A stretch of 64,000 nucleotides of DNA from an uncultured virus (IMG/VR IMGVR_UViG_3300010348_000552) (taxonomy: Duplodnaviria; Heunggongvirae; Uroviricota; Caudoviricetes): the IMG/VR virus record IMGVR_UViG_3300010348_000552; one strand, given 5' to 3'. The translations under genes were made by a program, and so were the position numbers. Within the stretch, counting starts at the first letter, position 1; every line of letters begins with the position of its first letter. The notes under the pieces are model-generated. The model saw nothing but the letters and a program-made list of their open reading frames with translations. It was not told the origin of the DNA and searched no databases. Shown here piece by piece: positions 35,661 to 46,584 of this stretch.

Positions 35661-36758
35661 ATGTCTGTCCCCCACCGTCAGTTGTACCGCGTCGTCTTCT
35701 CACAGGAGTTGGCCGTTGGTGCCGTCCGCAGTGGGGTCGTGGCTGGCTATCGCCTGCTGTACCACGGCCTCCCCTACGTGTTGACCAAGAAGTATCTGGA
35801 CAAGATGATGGAGACCGATGAACAGGCCGTGGCCGAACCCCTGCCCGATAGACCGTTGACGGAGACCTCGCAGTCGTTGCTGGTCTTCTTCCCCGGCGGG
35901 ATCGGGGACGTGATTGCCCTCAAGGCGGTGCTGGAAGACCTGCACCAACTACGACCTTGGCTCAATATCACCGTGGCATCAACTGTCGCTGACCAATGGA
36001 TAATTGGTGACGTAGCAACCGTGCTTGACTATCCAGTTACGGAGACGGTGGCTAAGGGCTTCGATGCTTGGGTGAACGTCGCGGAGATGGACTTTTCTTC
36101 GGTGGGCCGGGAACTCGTTGAAACCTTCGCCCAGTACGTCGGCATACCCTGTCCTGACCACGCCCCCAATATTGAACCGTACTACGGTTACATAGAGGCA
36201 ATGGAACACTATATCCGCAACTGGGATAAGCCTCGCGTCGGTATTCACTTGGCGTCGGCTTCCCACTGGCGGTCAATCCCCAACTTCGTCGGGTTGTACG
36301 TAGCAATGGAAATGGCCGACCGGGGCTACGATGTCTACCTGCTCGGGGGGCCGGAAGACCGCATTGTCTTCACCGATAATGAAGAACACTCAGACCCGCC
36401 AGACAACATCTACGACATGACACAGGTATTGGGGCCACTGGAATACTACCTCGGCTTCCTACCTTCTCTGGACGTGCTGCTGACCTGTGATTCGGGGCCG
36501 ATGCACATGGCCGGGGCTATGAACATTCCCACCTTGGCTCTGTTTGGCATGACTAACGGTGAGAAGCGGACTGGCTACTATCCCTCGGTTCGCTATATCC
36601 AGAGTGACATGGAGTGTAGCCCTTGTGAACGGATTGCTGAGGTTGCCCCCTGTGACGGGCAGTGGTGTGAAGCCCTGGCCCGCATGAACCCGCTGTACAT
36701 TGCCGACCAACTGGAGGAAGTCTACCGTGAAAACCATGACGCTGACTGTCTCGCATAA
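35661..36758 (+). CDS. GT9 heptosyltransferase-like protein
   Basis: GGIGDVI; LLTCDSGPMHMAGAMNIPTLALFG; CSPC. Confidence 0.88.
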   Translation: MSVPHRQLYRVVFSQELAVGAVRSGVVAGYRLLYHGLPYVLTKKYLDKMMETDEQAVAEPLPDRPLTETSQSLLVFFPGGIGDVIALKAVLEDLHQLRPWLNITVASTVADQWIIGDVATVLDYPVTETVAKGFDAWVNVAEMDFSSVGRELVETFAQYVGIPCPDHAPNIEPYYGYIEAMEHYIRNWDKPRVGIHLASASHWRSIPNFVGLYVAMEMADRGYDVYLLGGPEDRIVFTDNEEHSDPPDNIYDMTQVLGPLEYYLGFLPSLDVLLTCDSGPMHMAGAMNIPTLALFGMTNGEKRTGYYPSVRYIQSDMECSPCERIAEVAPCDGQWCEALARMNPLYIADQLEEVYRENHDADCLA

Positions 36759-36915
36759 GCCGAACGCCAAAGAGGAGAAGGAACTCCGCCGCCTCATGCG
36801 TACCGAACAGTTGGGACAGTTTGTGGTCCGCATTAGGAACGGTGACAGCACCGAGGACATGGTACTGGAACTCAAGAAGCAGGACGCGGAGGGACGTGAA
36901 CTCCTACAAGGGTAG
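36736..36915 (+). CDS. Small hypothetical protein
   Basis: Fills the operon gap. Confidence 0.45.
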   Translation: MTLTVSHKPNAKEEKELRRLMRTEQLGQFVVRIRNGDSTEDMVLELKKQDAEGRELLQG

Positions 36916-36917
36916 CC

Positions 36918-37187
36918 ATGACTATCACAGAACCAGAGTTCATCATTCATGCCACGGTCGCTAAAGGTGATAAGTGTGTCCGCTGTTGGATGAGAGACGA
37001 ATCTGTGGGCCAACATCCAGACCATCCTGAGTTGTGTGGACGCTGCACAATGAATGTCCGTGCTGGCATACGTCGCAATCTATGGCCCGATGTTGAGGTC
37101 ACGGAACTGCAACGGTGGTGGGCTTGGAATGGTGACAAGTCATTCGGTATCACATATCCAGGTTCGCCCTATGAGGCTCAGAAGTAG
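36918..37187 (+). CDS. Protein with an IleRS-type C-terminal zinc finger
   Basis: AKGDKCVRCW...VGQHPDHPELCGRCTMNV. Confidence 0.8.
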   Translation: MTITEPEFIIHATVAKGDKCVRCWMRDESVGQHPDHPELCGRCTMNVRAGIRRNLWPDVEVTELQRWWAWNGDKSFGITYPGSPYEAQK

Positions 37188-37189
37188 CT

Positions 37190-38011
37190 ATGCAAAACGC
37201 CCTCCTCTACCTACTCTACAACTCCGAAACTCAGATCAGGCGTAACTGGTCAAGCCTCCTTCAAGTCAAGCATCCCCTGACCATGCGGGTGATTGACAAC
37301 GCCTCAACTGATGGCGGGGCGGCCCTGCTGGAACAGGCCGGGGCCATCGTCCACCGCAACCCCGTCAACACCTACTTCACTCGTGCCATCAACGACGGAC
37401 TCCGTTCCCTCATGGACAAGGACTGGGACTGGTGCTTCATCGTCAACCCTGATATTGAGTGTCCGGTGGGTTGGGACGCCCTAATGGTAGACCAGTTGAC
37501 GGCATGTGAGGATGTTGGCATAGTCGGGGCACGTTTGGTGAACTACTATGGTAGTGTGGTTCACGCTGGTGGGCTGGTAGCTGAACCGCAGGTTCTTTTC
37601 TGGACCAGTCATTTCCCGCTACGGGAGACTTGGGGCACTCTACAACAGGAAGCGGTCTGTGTGACTCACTTCCGGCATCGACTCGTAGAGTGTAAAGCGG
37701 TAGTACCGTGTGCTTGGGTCACATTTGGTGCCGTCGCTCTCCGGCGGAAGATGCTGGAACAGATCGGCCTCCTAGACGAGACATGGGTACTCTATCGTTC
37801 CGACGCAGAACTCTGTATGCGGGCTTGGGCCGCTGGTTGGAAGGTCATGTACAACGGAGCAGTCACTTTCCGGCACGAGGATGGTGCCAACGTCAGGAAG
37901 GCTGGCTCTGCTGTCCACGAAGTTGCTAAGAATGACCTACGGCGGTTCTCCCTTACGGAGGAACAACGATGGCTTCAATCACTGGGCGGCAGACCGCCCT
38001 GGAGGACGTAA
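37190..38011 (+). CDS. GT2 glycosyltransferase
   Basis: IDNASTDG, VNPD, IGLLDE, DAELCMRA. Confidence 0.9.
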   Translation: MQNALLYLLYNSETQIRRNWSSLLQVKHPLTMRVIDNASTDGGAALLEQAGAIVHRNPVNTYFTRAINDGLRSLMDKDWDWCFIVNPDIECPVGWDALMVDQLTACEDVGIVGARLVNYYGSVVHAGGLVAEPQVLFWTSHFPLRETWGTLQQEAVCVTHFRHRLVECKAVVPCAWVTFGAVALRRKMLEQIGLLDETWVLYRSDAELCMRAWAAGWKVMYNGAVTFRHEDGANVRKAGSAVHEVAKNDLRRFSLTEEQRWLQSLGGRPPWRT

Positions 38012-38358
38012 CTGTACTGTCGGTTGACGGTAAGGATGTGGTTGCACTCTTCCGCAATGCGACCTTTGAGGTGACTTCGGAAGAGATTGACGTGACGGCG
38101 TTGCGTGACACCTGGAAGAAGCGGGAGTTCGGTATTCTCGACTGGCGTATGACCTGCACGAACTTGGTCCACACCAGTCCGAAGTATCTGGCTTCGATCA
38201 TCAGCGGTGGGACCATCGTTGTCTCGTTCGCTTCAACCGGCTTCACCTTCCTGGGCACGGGCATGATTACGGGCGTGCCTCTCAACATTGACAATCCGAT
38301 GACTGAGGAAGTCACGATTCTGTCGGCGGGAGACGCCCCCACGGTGACGTTTGTGTAA
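37969..38358 (+). CDS. Probable tail tube protein
   Basis: GGAGG RBS; EEIDVTALRDTWK, FLGTGMIT; precedes the chaperones. Confidence 0.75.
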   Translation: MASITGRQTALEDVTVLSVDGKDVVALFRNATFEVTSEEIDVTALRDTWKKREFGILDWRMTCTNLVHTSPKYLASIISGGTIVVSFASTGFTFLGTGMITGVPLNIDNPMTEEVTILSAGDAPTVTFV

Positions 38359-38427
38359 CCCCTGAGGCGGGGGTGGCCTTGCGGTTGCCCCCGCCTTTCC
38401 CCACCTTTCCTTCTGGAGGAGATTATC

Positions 38428-38874
38428 GTGTCGGATGAGAGCAAGCAGGAAGCAGTAGTACAGGATACTACCGAAGTGGAGCGTGAGGTAATCGAACAGA
38501 TGGCGGTGGCTTCGCTGGAGCAGTTGAAGTCGCTGCCGATTATCCGCAAGCAGAAGGCGGTGCCGTTCGAGATACCGGGGACGGGCATGGTCGTGAAGAT
38601 CGCCCCGACCACGGCCTCGGCGGAGTTCAAGGCTTCGGTCCAGCAGTTGCGGGCCATTACGGTCGAGAACGACGAGGAGAAGGAAGCCATCCGTCAGGTA
38701 ATCGCCCGAGGGCTGCTGAAGGCCTGTGTGGTGGAACCGGAACTGGACGACGAGGCTCTGGACGCCCTTCAGGACTACAACGCCTCGGCTCTGACGGCGT
38801 TGCTCAATCGCTGCCATGAGATTAGCCACCTGGAGAACGTGTCGGACACGACCGTCGCGGAGTCTTTTTCCTAA
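38428..38874 (+). CDS. Tail assembly chaperone
   Basis: Between tube and tape measure; ACVVEPEL; ends TCT TTT TCC TAA. Confidence 0.75.
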   Translation: MSDESKQEAVVQDTTEVEREVIEQMAVASLEQLKSLPIIRKQKAVPFEIPGTGMVVKIAPTTASAEFKASVQQLRAITVENDEEKEAIRQVIARGLLKACVVEPELDDEALDALQDYNASALTALLNRCHEISHLENVSDTTVAESFS

Positions 38875-39278
38875 GGCAACCAGTCTACTACGAGGTGTTG
38901 GACGCCTGTGTCGAACACCTGGGCCGGTTGCCATCGCAGCTCAATCTCAGTGACGACGCTCTGTTTGAGTTGTTGACCTACCATCGTATCAAGCGTCGGT
39001 CGCAGAGTGTCTGCAAAGAGTGCCTGGAGAAGTTGCAGGACGCGGAGAAGACGTGCTTTGTCTGTGAACGCACCTACACGGAGAAGCGGGGTCCGGTCAG
39101 CAATAAGCAAGAGGCCGACCCCCTACTGCTGGACATGATGAGGCACTTGGCACAACACGGTTCCGGTAAGCCTGCCTCGACCAAGCATGCCAAGGACGCG
39201 ACCGTGGAGGAGAGTGAGGCATTCGAGAGGGCCTTCTTAGAGAAGCTGAAGCGGCAGGGCGTGAAGTTGCTCGATTAG
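38865..39278 (+). CDS. Second chaperone ORF, likely -1 frameshift extension
   Basis: The -1 frame is open from the T5 run at 38865-38869 to 39278. Confidence 0.6.
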   Translation, partial: FFLRQPVYYEVLDACVEHLGRLPSQLNLSDDALFELLTYHRIKRRSQSVCKECLEKLQDAEKTCFVCERTYTEKRGPVSNKQEADPLLLDMMRHLAQHGSGKPASTKHAKDATVEESEAFERAFLEKLKRQGVKLLD

Positions 39279-39291
39279 GTGGTGATGTGAC

Positions 39292-42200
39292 GTGCCGATG
39301 GAAGATCAAGTCATTGTCAAGTTCCTAGCGGATATGTCCGGTCTCCGTGGTGCAATCAATACCATCGGCGGGCAACTAAGTAATATCGGCAGTGGGGGCC
39401 AGCAGACGCAGCGGGCGGCGGCGGGCATTGCCACCGTCACTCGCAACACGCGGCAACTGACTGGGGTAGTGTCGCAGAACAACCGGCAACTGGACACATC
39501 TGCCGGTCTGATGAAGGAACTTCAGATACAGACGGGCGGGGTGTCGTCGTCGTTCCGCCAAGCCTCGCGTTCGCTCCAGACCTCAATCCCCTGGTTGGAC
39601 AAGTTCGCCATTCAGACTGACCGGGCCTCAATGGTCATGTGGAAGTTCAGCATGGGGGCTATCGGCCTGCGTGACTTGGCTATGACCACGGGCACGGTCG
39701 CGGCGGGCCTCATTATGGCCACGAAGGCAATGGCCACGTCCGTCTCGTTGGTGGATCGCGTCAAGCGGCAGTTCGCGGCCATCTACCAGTCGGCGGAAAT
39801 CGGCGGCAAGATGGTAGACCAGTTGGTCGGTGACGCGGTGAAAATCCGTTACTCCGTCAACGAAGTGCTGGACGCCGGGCGATTGCTCTCTCTGGAGGGC
39901 TTTGACCCTCGCAAGTTGATCTTCGACATGGCCGACTTGGCCGCAGGCGTCAATCAGGAAGGCATTACGATTGTCAACGCCACACGGGCCTTCGTGGACG
40001 CCACCAATGGTCAGTTCCGTCGGTTGAAGGAGACCTTCCAGGTCACTCGTGAGGACGCTATGCAGTTCGCCCCCGACGCATTTGCGGGGCCGAATGGACA
40101 GATCACCAATCAGGCCAAGGCGACGGAAGCCATCATTCGTGCCATACGGGCGAAGTACCGAGGGCAAAACGCCGCCACGATGCAGACCATTCAAGGTCAG
40201 GCCTCCAACTTGGGTGACGCTATCGTGCGGGCCTTGGCGAAGACGGATGCGGCCATCAAGCCGATTCTCATGGGCTGGATGGATTACGGGATGCAGTTCT
40301 TTGACAAACTGGGGGCGTTTGCGGAGACGGGGTTGGGCAAGGCGACGGCCTCGACGATTGTGTGGGGGGCCGCTCTAATGACGGCGGTGTCGGCCCTGGC
40401 GTTGCTGGCGGGCGGCATGATGACCATGATGGGTCTGTTCGCGGCCTATCGGGTCTTCACCCAGACCCGCCAAGACGGCGTAATGAACATCATCAAGGCC
40501 GAGTTGGAACTCATGGCAGTCCAGAAGGAGATTGCCGAGTACGACGCCATCCGTTCCTCCAAGGACATTGCGTCCATGAAGCTGAAGTTGGACCTGGCCA
40601 AGGCCATCTATGCCGAGGAGCAGAAGCGGCTTTCGGGGATGGGGGTGCCGCTGTCGCAGGCGGCGATAAAGTTGATTGGGGGGCGTAGTGAGGCGGAGTT
40701 GACCCAGGCCCGCAAGATTGCTCAGGCCAAGGTTGACGCCGTGGTCAAGCCGCGTGAACTACTGGGCATGAACGATAGCCTGAAGGCGATACAGGAAGAG
40801 ATCGCGGCCATCGAGGCGACTTCCTTGGGTACGCAGTCGGAACGCTATGCCGTGTTGAAGGAACAGGAGTTGGTGCTGCTGCGGCAGACGGCGTTGCTCC
40901 AGGCTCAGGTGGACGACGCCAAGAGCATTGCAGCGGGCGGGGCGGGTGGGCGTACCGAGGCGGTGATGGCGTCTCAGCAACAGGAAGACGCGGCGGTGCT
41001 GGCGGCTCGGGCGGCTGACGAGGAACGGTTGGCGACGCAACTGCAAACCGAACAGAGCCAACTGTCGGCCAACGTCACCGAACTGCGGGCACGACAGGAG
41101 TTGCTGGCGGCGGAGGCTATTGCGGCCAAGACCGCCGCCATCGAAGCCGACACACTGGCTATTGCGGCCAACAACGCGGCCCAAGCCGCTGCCGCTGCCT
41201 TCGCCGACAAACAGCGGATTGTCAAGACGCTGGCGACGCCGCAGCAGGTGGACCTGTACCGGACCCGCACCGCAATCAAGGAACTCGAACTCGACAACAT
41301 GCGGTCGGCTGCTAAGAAGGCAATGGAGAAGGGCGATGTTTCGCCCGACGCGGCCACATTGGCGAACCTACGGATAGCATATCTGGAGGAAGAGGTCAAT
41401 CAGCGGAAGCGGCGTCTACCCGAGATGGAATCGCAGGCGGCTATCCTCGCGGATTCGGAACGTGAGTTGGGGGTATTGGATGAACAGAAGCGGTTGACGC
41501 AGGATGCCGCCAGGGCGGCGTCTGAAAACGCCTCAGTCAAAGCGGCAGCGGCCCGGCAGGCGATGCGGGACAGCGTGGCCGTGAGCCGTGAGTTGCGTAA
41601 CCAGGAGCAGTTGCTGGACCGGGTGACGGCGGCCTACGAAAAGCAGGCTATCGTGGCAGGCAATGCTCAGGCCGAAGCGGCGGCGGCGGCAGCCGTAGTG
41701 ACGACGGCGGACACCGAGACGACGGCAGTGGCACAGGTGCAGGTCGCCTCCACAGATGCTCAGATTGTGCGGCTGAAGGCAATGGAGGCGAAGACCCAGG
41801 CCGAAATACTGGCCTTGGGGGACATGAACACGGTAGCGGAACAGCGGCAGTTGGCGGTCATACAGGAACGGATTGCGGCCCGAGAGGCGGAACTGGCAGT
41901 GTTAGAGGCAACTCGGGTGGCCAACGTGGGCGGCGGGGCGGCTCTGGCGGGTGGCCGGGCAGCTAACTTCAAGGGCGGCTTCGGCAAGGGGTTTGTGGGC
42001 GTGTTCGGTGGCCTCGGTGACTTGGTGATGATGGTGGTGTCGCCCCTCAAGGCGGCGTTCTCGGGTCTGATTGGAGCCATCTCAAGTGCGGGTGGTTTTA
42101 TGGCGGTCCTGGGCATGGTGACGGGTGGCTTGGCGGCGGTGGCCGTGGCAGCGGGGGTGCTGATCGGGGCCTGGAAGTTGTTGATCGAACCCGCCAATAA

Positions 42201-44316
42201 GGCACAGCAGGGTCTCGACCGGGCGGCCAAGTCGGCAGGGAGTTTCGCGGAGAAGATGAACCGGGCCACGGCCATGTTGGGTCTTCCGCCATCGGCTGCT
42301 GCCGGGGCCGAAGAGAGTAAGAAGTTTCTGGAAGATCTGTCTAAGTACGGCAAAGAGGTGTCGAACTACCAATTGGGGGAGGCCATCAGGCCCGTTGATT
42401 TCGCCAAGAACAAACTTGGCATGGATGACGAGGCAGCGGCCAACTTTGCCCGTCGCTTCTGGGAGTTGTGGGACGCCGACATGAGGCGGACGGTCGCTGA
42501 CTATGGTAAGTCGGGCGTGGGCAAGACGATCTCGCAGATTGTGTCTGACGCGGGCGGCTGGAAAAATGTCACGCCGGAACAGATGAAGCAGATCGAAAAG
42601 GCAATGACTGGTGGGACGTTTGGTATTGCCGTTGGCACGGGAAGTGCCGCCGAGTGGCGGGGCCGTCTCGGTAGGATGGGGGCCACCGTCAACGCCGAAC
42701 AGCAGGGTCTGCCGTCAACGCAGTTGCTACGCCAGCAGGCCGAGGCCGTCAACGCCGAGGTGGAGAAGATCAGGGCCTTGGCAACGGGTGGGGACGAAGC
42801 GGGCCTGAAGTCGCAGTATGGCTTCGGGTCGCTGGCTGCCGCCCAGGAGTTCCTGAAGACCATTGACGAGAGTACCGACAAGGTGGGCGTCTTCAACGAG
42901 GAAATCCAGAACTCCTACCAGACCTACAAGGACATGGGCGTGGACATCAAGTCGGCTAACGACTACCTCGACGAACAGAATGAGACGCTGCTGTCGGACG
43001 CCCAGATCAATGCGGAGTTGGCGAAGCAGGCGAACACGGCGCGGATTGCCTACGAGGGAATGCTGGCAACGAGTCAGGCTTTGTTGAATGTAGACGTGAA
43101 GGGCCGGGCCGAACGGGAGAAGGACTTGGCTGTGGCTAAGCAACGGCTGGCGGCGGCAGAAGCCCAATATAAGTACGCCGATGCCGTCAGGCGGCTCGGT
43201 GCTAACCAGAACGCCGAGGCGTTGCTTGATGCGTCGGGAATGGGCAATATGGGGGCCATTTTCGGGCAAGAAATCGCTACTGGTGAATGGGTAGCGGCTT
43301 TGGCGGAGACGGACCCGAAGAAGCGTCGGGAACGGGTCCAGAACGCCTTCAAGACCTCACGGTCGCGTCGTGAGGATGAAACGAAGCAGGCCTTGGATTT
43401 CTACGCCCCTGGTCCCAATGCTGGTGCCCAGGAACAAGCCGCCTATGAACGCTACCGGGCCACCAAGGAACGGGAACGGATGGCCAAGGCCGTCTCTGAC
43501 TACAACGTGGCGATCCAGCATGGCAACCTGACGCCGGAACAGCAGCAGCGGGCACAGACGCAGATTGCCACGGAACAGCGGGCGTCGGAACGGAGGGCAG
43601 CGGAGGCGGAGAAGCGTGCCCGAGAGATCGAGGCCGAGGACAAGTTGAAGCGGATGCAGTCGGCCCGTGACTATGCAACCACGTTGGGTGCCTCGCCGCA
43701 GCAACTGGCGACACTTGACGCTCAGATACTGGCAACGAAGTTGGCGGAAGCCAAGGCCAACAACGACATCGCCGAGCAGATGGCCCTGCAAGTGCAGTAC
43801 GCCCAACTCCAGAAGACGTTACAGGACGACCTTCTCGGCACCGAGGAGGCCAAACTCTCCTACATGGAGACGCAGGCTTCGCAGGGGCTGATTAGTGACG
43901 AGGCGGTGCGGGCCGAGAAGCAGCGGATGGCCCAACTCTACCAGGAACGGGCCAAGCAGGCGGCTTACGGGTCGGCGGAATACTACCAGTACATGCAGAA
44001 GGCCTTGCAGATGCTCGGTGGTGAAACCGAGGACAAGTGGGACACGATCATCGGCAAGATCATCGGTGCCCCGCAGTCCATGCTGAATAGCGTCCTGTCG
44101 GAGGGGTGGATTTCCCGGCAGTTTGGGGACGCAGCCAATCGCTTCGGGTTGAGCCAGGGTATTCAGGCCGACATTGTGAGCCAGCGGAACTCCGAGATGA
44201 CCATTCGGCTGACTTGGGAAGGAATCAACGCCATCGATTCTAAGTTGAACTCGGCGGTGCAGACGGGCATAAACGGCTTCGTGCGGGACTTCAAGGCCGC
44301 ACTGTCGGGAGCATAA
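39292..44316 (+). CDS. Tape measure protein
   Basis: 1674 aa, Ala-rich helical; TIQGQASNLGD; position. Confidence 0.9.
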   Translation: MPMEDQVIVKFLADMSGLRGAINTIGGQLSNIGSGGQQTQRAAAGIATVTRNTRQLTGVVSQNNRQLDTSAGLMKELQIQTGGVSSSFRQASRSLQTSIPWLDKFAIQTDRASMVMWKFSMGAIGLRDLAMTTGTVAAGLIMATKAMATSVSLVDRVKRQFAAIYQSAEIGGKMVDQLVGDAVKIRYSVNEVLDAGRLLSLEGFDPRKLIFDMADLAAGVNQEGITIVNATRAFVDATNGQFRRLKETFQVTREDAMQFAPDAFAGPNGQITNQAKATEAIIRAIRAKYRGQNAATMQTIQGQASNLGDAIVRALAKTDAAIKPILMGWMDYGMQFFDKLGAFAETGLGKATASTIVWGAALMTAVSALALLAGGMMTMMGLFAAYRVFTQTRQDGVMNIIKAELELMAVQKEIAEYDAIRSSKDIASMKLKLDLAKAIYAEEQKRLSGMGVPLSQAAIKLIGGRSEAELTQARKIAQAKVDAVVKPRELLGMNDSLKAIQEEIAAIEATSLGTQSERYAVLKEQELVLLRQTALLQAQVDDAKSIAAGGAGGRTEAVMASQQQEDAAVLAARAADEERLATQLQTEQSQLSANVTELRARQELLAAEAIAAKTAAIEADTLAIAANNAAQAAAAAFADKQRIVKTLATPQQVDLYRTRTAIKELELDNMRSAAKKAMEKGDVSPDAATLANLRIAYLEEEVNQRKRRLPEMESQAAILADSERELGVLDEQKRLTQDAARAASENASVKAAAARQAMRDSVAVSRELRNQEQLLDRVTAAYEKQAIVAGNAQAEAAAAAAVVTTADTETTAVAQVQVASTDAQIVRLKAMEAKTQAEILALGDMNTVAEQRQLAVIQERIAAREAELAVLEATRVANVGGGAALAGGRAANFKGGFGKGFVGVFGGLGDLVMMVVSPLKAAFSGLIGAISSAGGFMAVLGMVTGGLAAVAVAAGVLIGAWKLLIEPANKAQQGLDRAAKSAGSFAEKMNRATAMLGLPPSAAAGAEESKKFLEDLSKYGKEVSNYQLGEAIRPVDFAKNKLGMDDEAAANFARRFWELWDADMRRTVADYGKSGVGKTISQIVSDAGGWKNVTPEQMKQIEKAMTGGTFGIAVGTGSAAEWRGRLGRMGATVNAEQQGLPSTQLLRQQAEAVNAEVEKIRALATGGDEAGLKSQYGFGSLAAAQEFLKTIDESTDKVGVFNEEIQNSYQTYKDMGVDIKSANDYLDEQNETLLSDAQINAELAKQANTARIAYEGMLATSQALLNVDVKGRAEREKDLAVAKQRLAAAEAQYKYADAVRRLGANQNAEALLDASGMGNMGAIFGQEIATGEWVAALAETDPKKRRERVQNAFKTSRSRREDETKQALDFYAPGPNAGAQEQAAYERYRATKERERMAKAVSDYNVAIQHGNLTPEQQQRAQTQIATEQRASERRAAEAEKRAREIEAEDKLKRMQSARDYATTLGASPQQLATLDAQILATKLAEAKANNDIAEQMALQVQYAQLQKTLQDDLLGTEEAKLSYMETQASQGLISDEAVRAEKQRMAQLYQERAKQAAYGSAEYYQYMQKALQMLGGETEDKWDTIIGKIIGAPQSMLNSVLSEGWISRQFGDAANRFGLSQGIQADIVSQRNSEMTIRLTWEGINAIDSKLNSAVQTGINGFVRDFKAALSGA

Positions 44317-46584
44317 ATGGCTAAGGCAGCAATCGCGGCAACCGTCAAGATACCTTCGGCCCAGATCGCCCGGCAGGCCGAGGCCTTCTGTTCGACCCCG
44401 GCCAAGTGGGCACGGGGCTGGACCCTCAACGACTGTGAGTGTGACCCCCGCAGCGGGTCCGTCTACCTCAAACCAGTCTGGTCACCGGCCACCTATCCCT
44501 ATGGGAAGAACGACTACCAGACCTTCCCGGTGGACAAGTCGCTGTGGATTGAGTCGGGCGGGGCCTTGGGCCGGGGGGACAAGGCAATCGGTTGGGCGGG
44601 CAACAGCACCAACGCGGCGTCAACGCCGTGGTCGGCTTTCCTGACCAGTGGCAACGCCATTGGTCGCTGCCGGGGCGTCGTGCTGAGTTTCCTGTGGTAT
44701 CGGCCTGCCGACGCCACCTACCCTTTGCTCCACCTGTATCCGCGTCTGGACCCGACCCGCTACAGTGACGTGGGCAGCATCCGTTACTACTTCGTGCCGC
44801 TGCGGCTGACGATTGACGAGCAGATGATGCTGACGGTCTACGAGTATCCCTACGATACCTATGAGCAGTTCACGGCAGCCCCTATAAACTGCTTCCAGAA
44901 ACAGGGTTCGTACCCGTTGGTGGTGTCACCTGAGGACTTGGCCGCCAAGTGGCATAGCGTCACCATAATGTCAATGTCAGATGATGATTTGCTGGTCACT
45001 TCGGACATTCTGCGTGACGGCGGTTTCCTCTATCGCAGTGCCCTTGACCGCAACAACATCTTCACGATGCCGGAAGGCGTCGCGGGGATACAGAGCAACG
45101 TCGGGGGCTTGTCGCAGGTGCAGGTCACGCCCTTGCAGACGGCGGCCACGGGGACGTTGAAGAGTACCACTTTGTCCAAGTCGGGCACCGATGCCGTCTA
45201 CCCGGCCCTGAAGGTGTTCGGGTGGGACCCGGCAATGATTGCTACCGACCGGGGCTTCCTAACTAACCAGACGATTGCTTCGGGGGCCACGGGGACGGGG
45301 GGCTTCAAGTACAACATCTACGCGGTGACTAAGGACATTCTCGGCCAGGATGTAGAGACCCTGGTGGACCCCACCGCCCCAACGGAGTTTAAGGACTTCA
45401 AGGTCGAGTTGATCCTGACGCCGACCAGTAACGTGTCACCCGTGGTCAATGACTTGGTAGTGGACTTCGCCCAGGACACGGCCACGGTAGTAGACACCGG
45501 GACGGATGTGGCCGCTGACATTGTGGAGATTACGGGGCAGTCGTCAAACGACGGCAGTGTCCGTTTCAACATGCGGCTGCGGAACCAAGACGGTATCTAC
45601 AACACCATCGCTGAACGCATGAACAACCAGATTGACCTCGATGTGGAGGACCAGCACTTCGCTACTTTGTACACGCTCAACCCCGGCTATGACTGGTGGA
45701 AGACCCCCACGGAGGGGGCCTTGGAGTTGCAGTGGGAGTGCGGGGACGGCATGGTCTACCTGGAACGGGAACTCTGTGCCAGGATGCCTGCCTACGACGG
45801 GATGCTGCTGAGTGACGCCCTGACTGACTTCATGGGGCGGTTGGGTTACGAAGCGGCTCGGCTCGACATTGAGGCTACCACCGTCAGGCTCCCGAAGAAG
45901 AAGGCGAACGAGAAGCCACAGTTCAAGCCCGAGGACGGGACGCCTGCTGTGGACGTAATCAAGAAGTGGAAAGAGTGGTTCGCGGGGACGTTCACCTGTC
46001 GGTTTACGGCGGAAGACAAGTTTGAGTTCAAGTCCATCCCCCTTGATGGGGATGGCTTCGAGAACCCGACCATCTCGCGTATCTACTATGCCGACAGTGA
46101 CTCGAAGCCCACTGCCGATGACCATGTGGTCTATCGTGACGCCCAGGTCGAGTTGCTGATGGACCAGTATTACAACGAGATTTGGGTGGTGGGGGAAGAC
46201 CCGAGAAACAATCAGCCGCTCATCGCGGTCTGGCAGGACAAGGACAGCCAGACCAACAAAGACTCCCCTCGCTACGTGGGCCGCAGGCTGCTGATGATCG
46301 TGCTGACGCGGTGTAACACGCAGGAAGCCGTGGCAGGGATATGCACGCGGCTATCTACCTTCTACGGGGACTGGGGTGTGCGGCTGACCTTCAACACGCG
46401 GCTGGATACGCAGCTCAAGAAGGACGATTTCATCGAGGTTAGCGGCGTGGCGGCGGTCTGGCGGGTCACTGATATTGACTATGGACTGACGTTGCAGGCC
46501 ATGACCAATAGTGCCATCAACAGCACGACGCCGCCGATCCGTGGCATGAAGGTAACGGCAATCCAGTGGCCGGTCCTGTGGTAA
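44317..46584 (+). CDS. Probable tail tip/hub protein
   Basis: Follows tape measure; YNEIWVVG, DDFIEV...WRVTDI. Confidence 0.7.
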   Translation: MAKAAIAATVKIPSAQIARQAEAFCSTPAKWARGWTLNDCECDPRSGSVYLKPVWSPATYPYGKNDYQTFPVDKSLWIESGGALGRGDKAIGWAGNSTNAASTPWSAFLTSGNAIGRCRGVVLSFLWYRPADATYPLLHLYPRLDPTRYSDVGSIRYYFVPLRLTIDEQMMLTVYEYPYDTYEQFTAAPINCFQKQGSYPLVVSPEDLAAKWHSVTIMSMSDDDLLVTSDILRDGGFLYRSALDRNNIFTMPEGVAGIQSNVGGLSQVQVTPLQTAATGTLKSTTLSKSGTDAVYPALKVFGWDPAMIATDRGFLTNQTIASGATGTGGFKYNIYAVTKDILGQDVETLVDPTAPTEFKDFKVELILTPTSNVSPVVNDLVVDFAQDTATVVDTGTDVAADIVEITGQSSNDGSVRFNMRLRNQDGIYNTIAERMNNQIDLDVEDQHFATLYTLNPGYDWWKTPTEGALELQWECGDGMVYLERELCARMPAYDGMLLSDALTDFMGRLGYEAARLDIEATTVRLPKKKANEKPQFKPEDGTPAVDVIKKWKEWFAGTFTCRFTAEDKFEFKSIPLDGDGFENPTISRIYYADSDSKPTADDHVVYRDAQVELLMDQYYNEIWVVGEDPRNNQPLIAVWQDKDSQTNKDSPRYVGRRLLMIVLTRCNTQEAVAGICTRLSTFYGDWGVRLTFNTRLDTQLKKDDFIEVSGVAAVWRVTDIDYGLTLQAMTNSAINSTTPPIRGMKVTAIQWPVLW

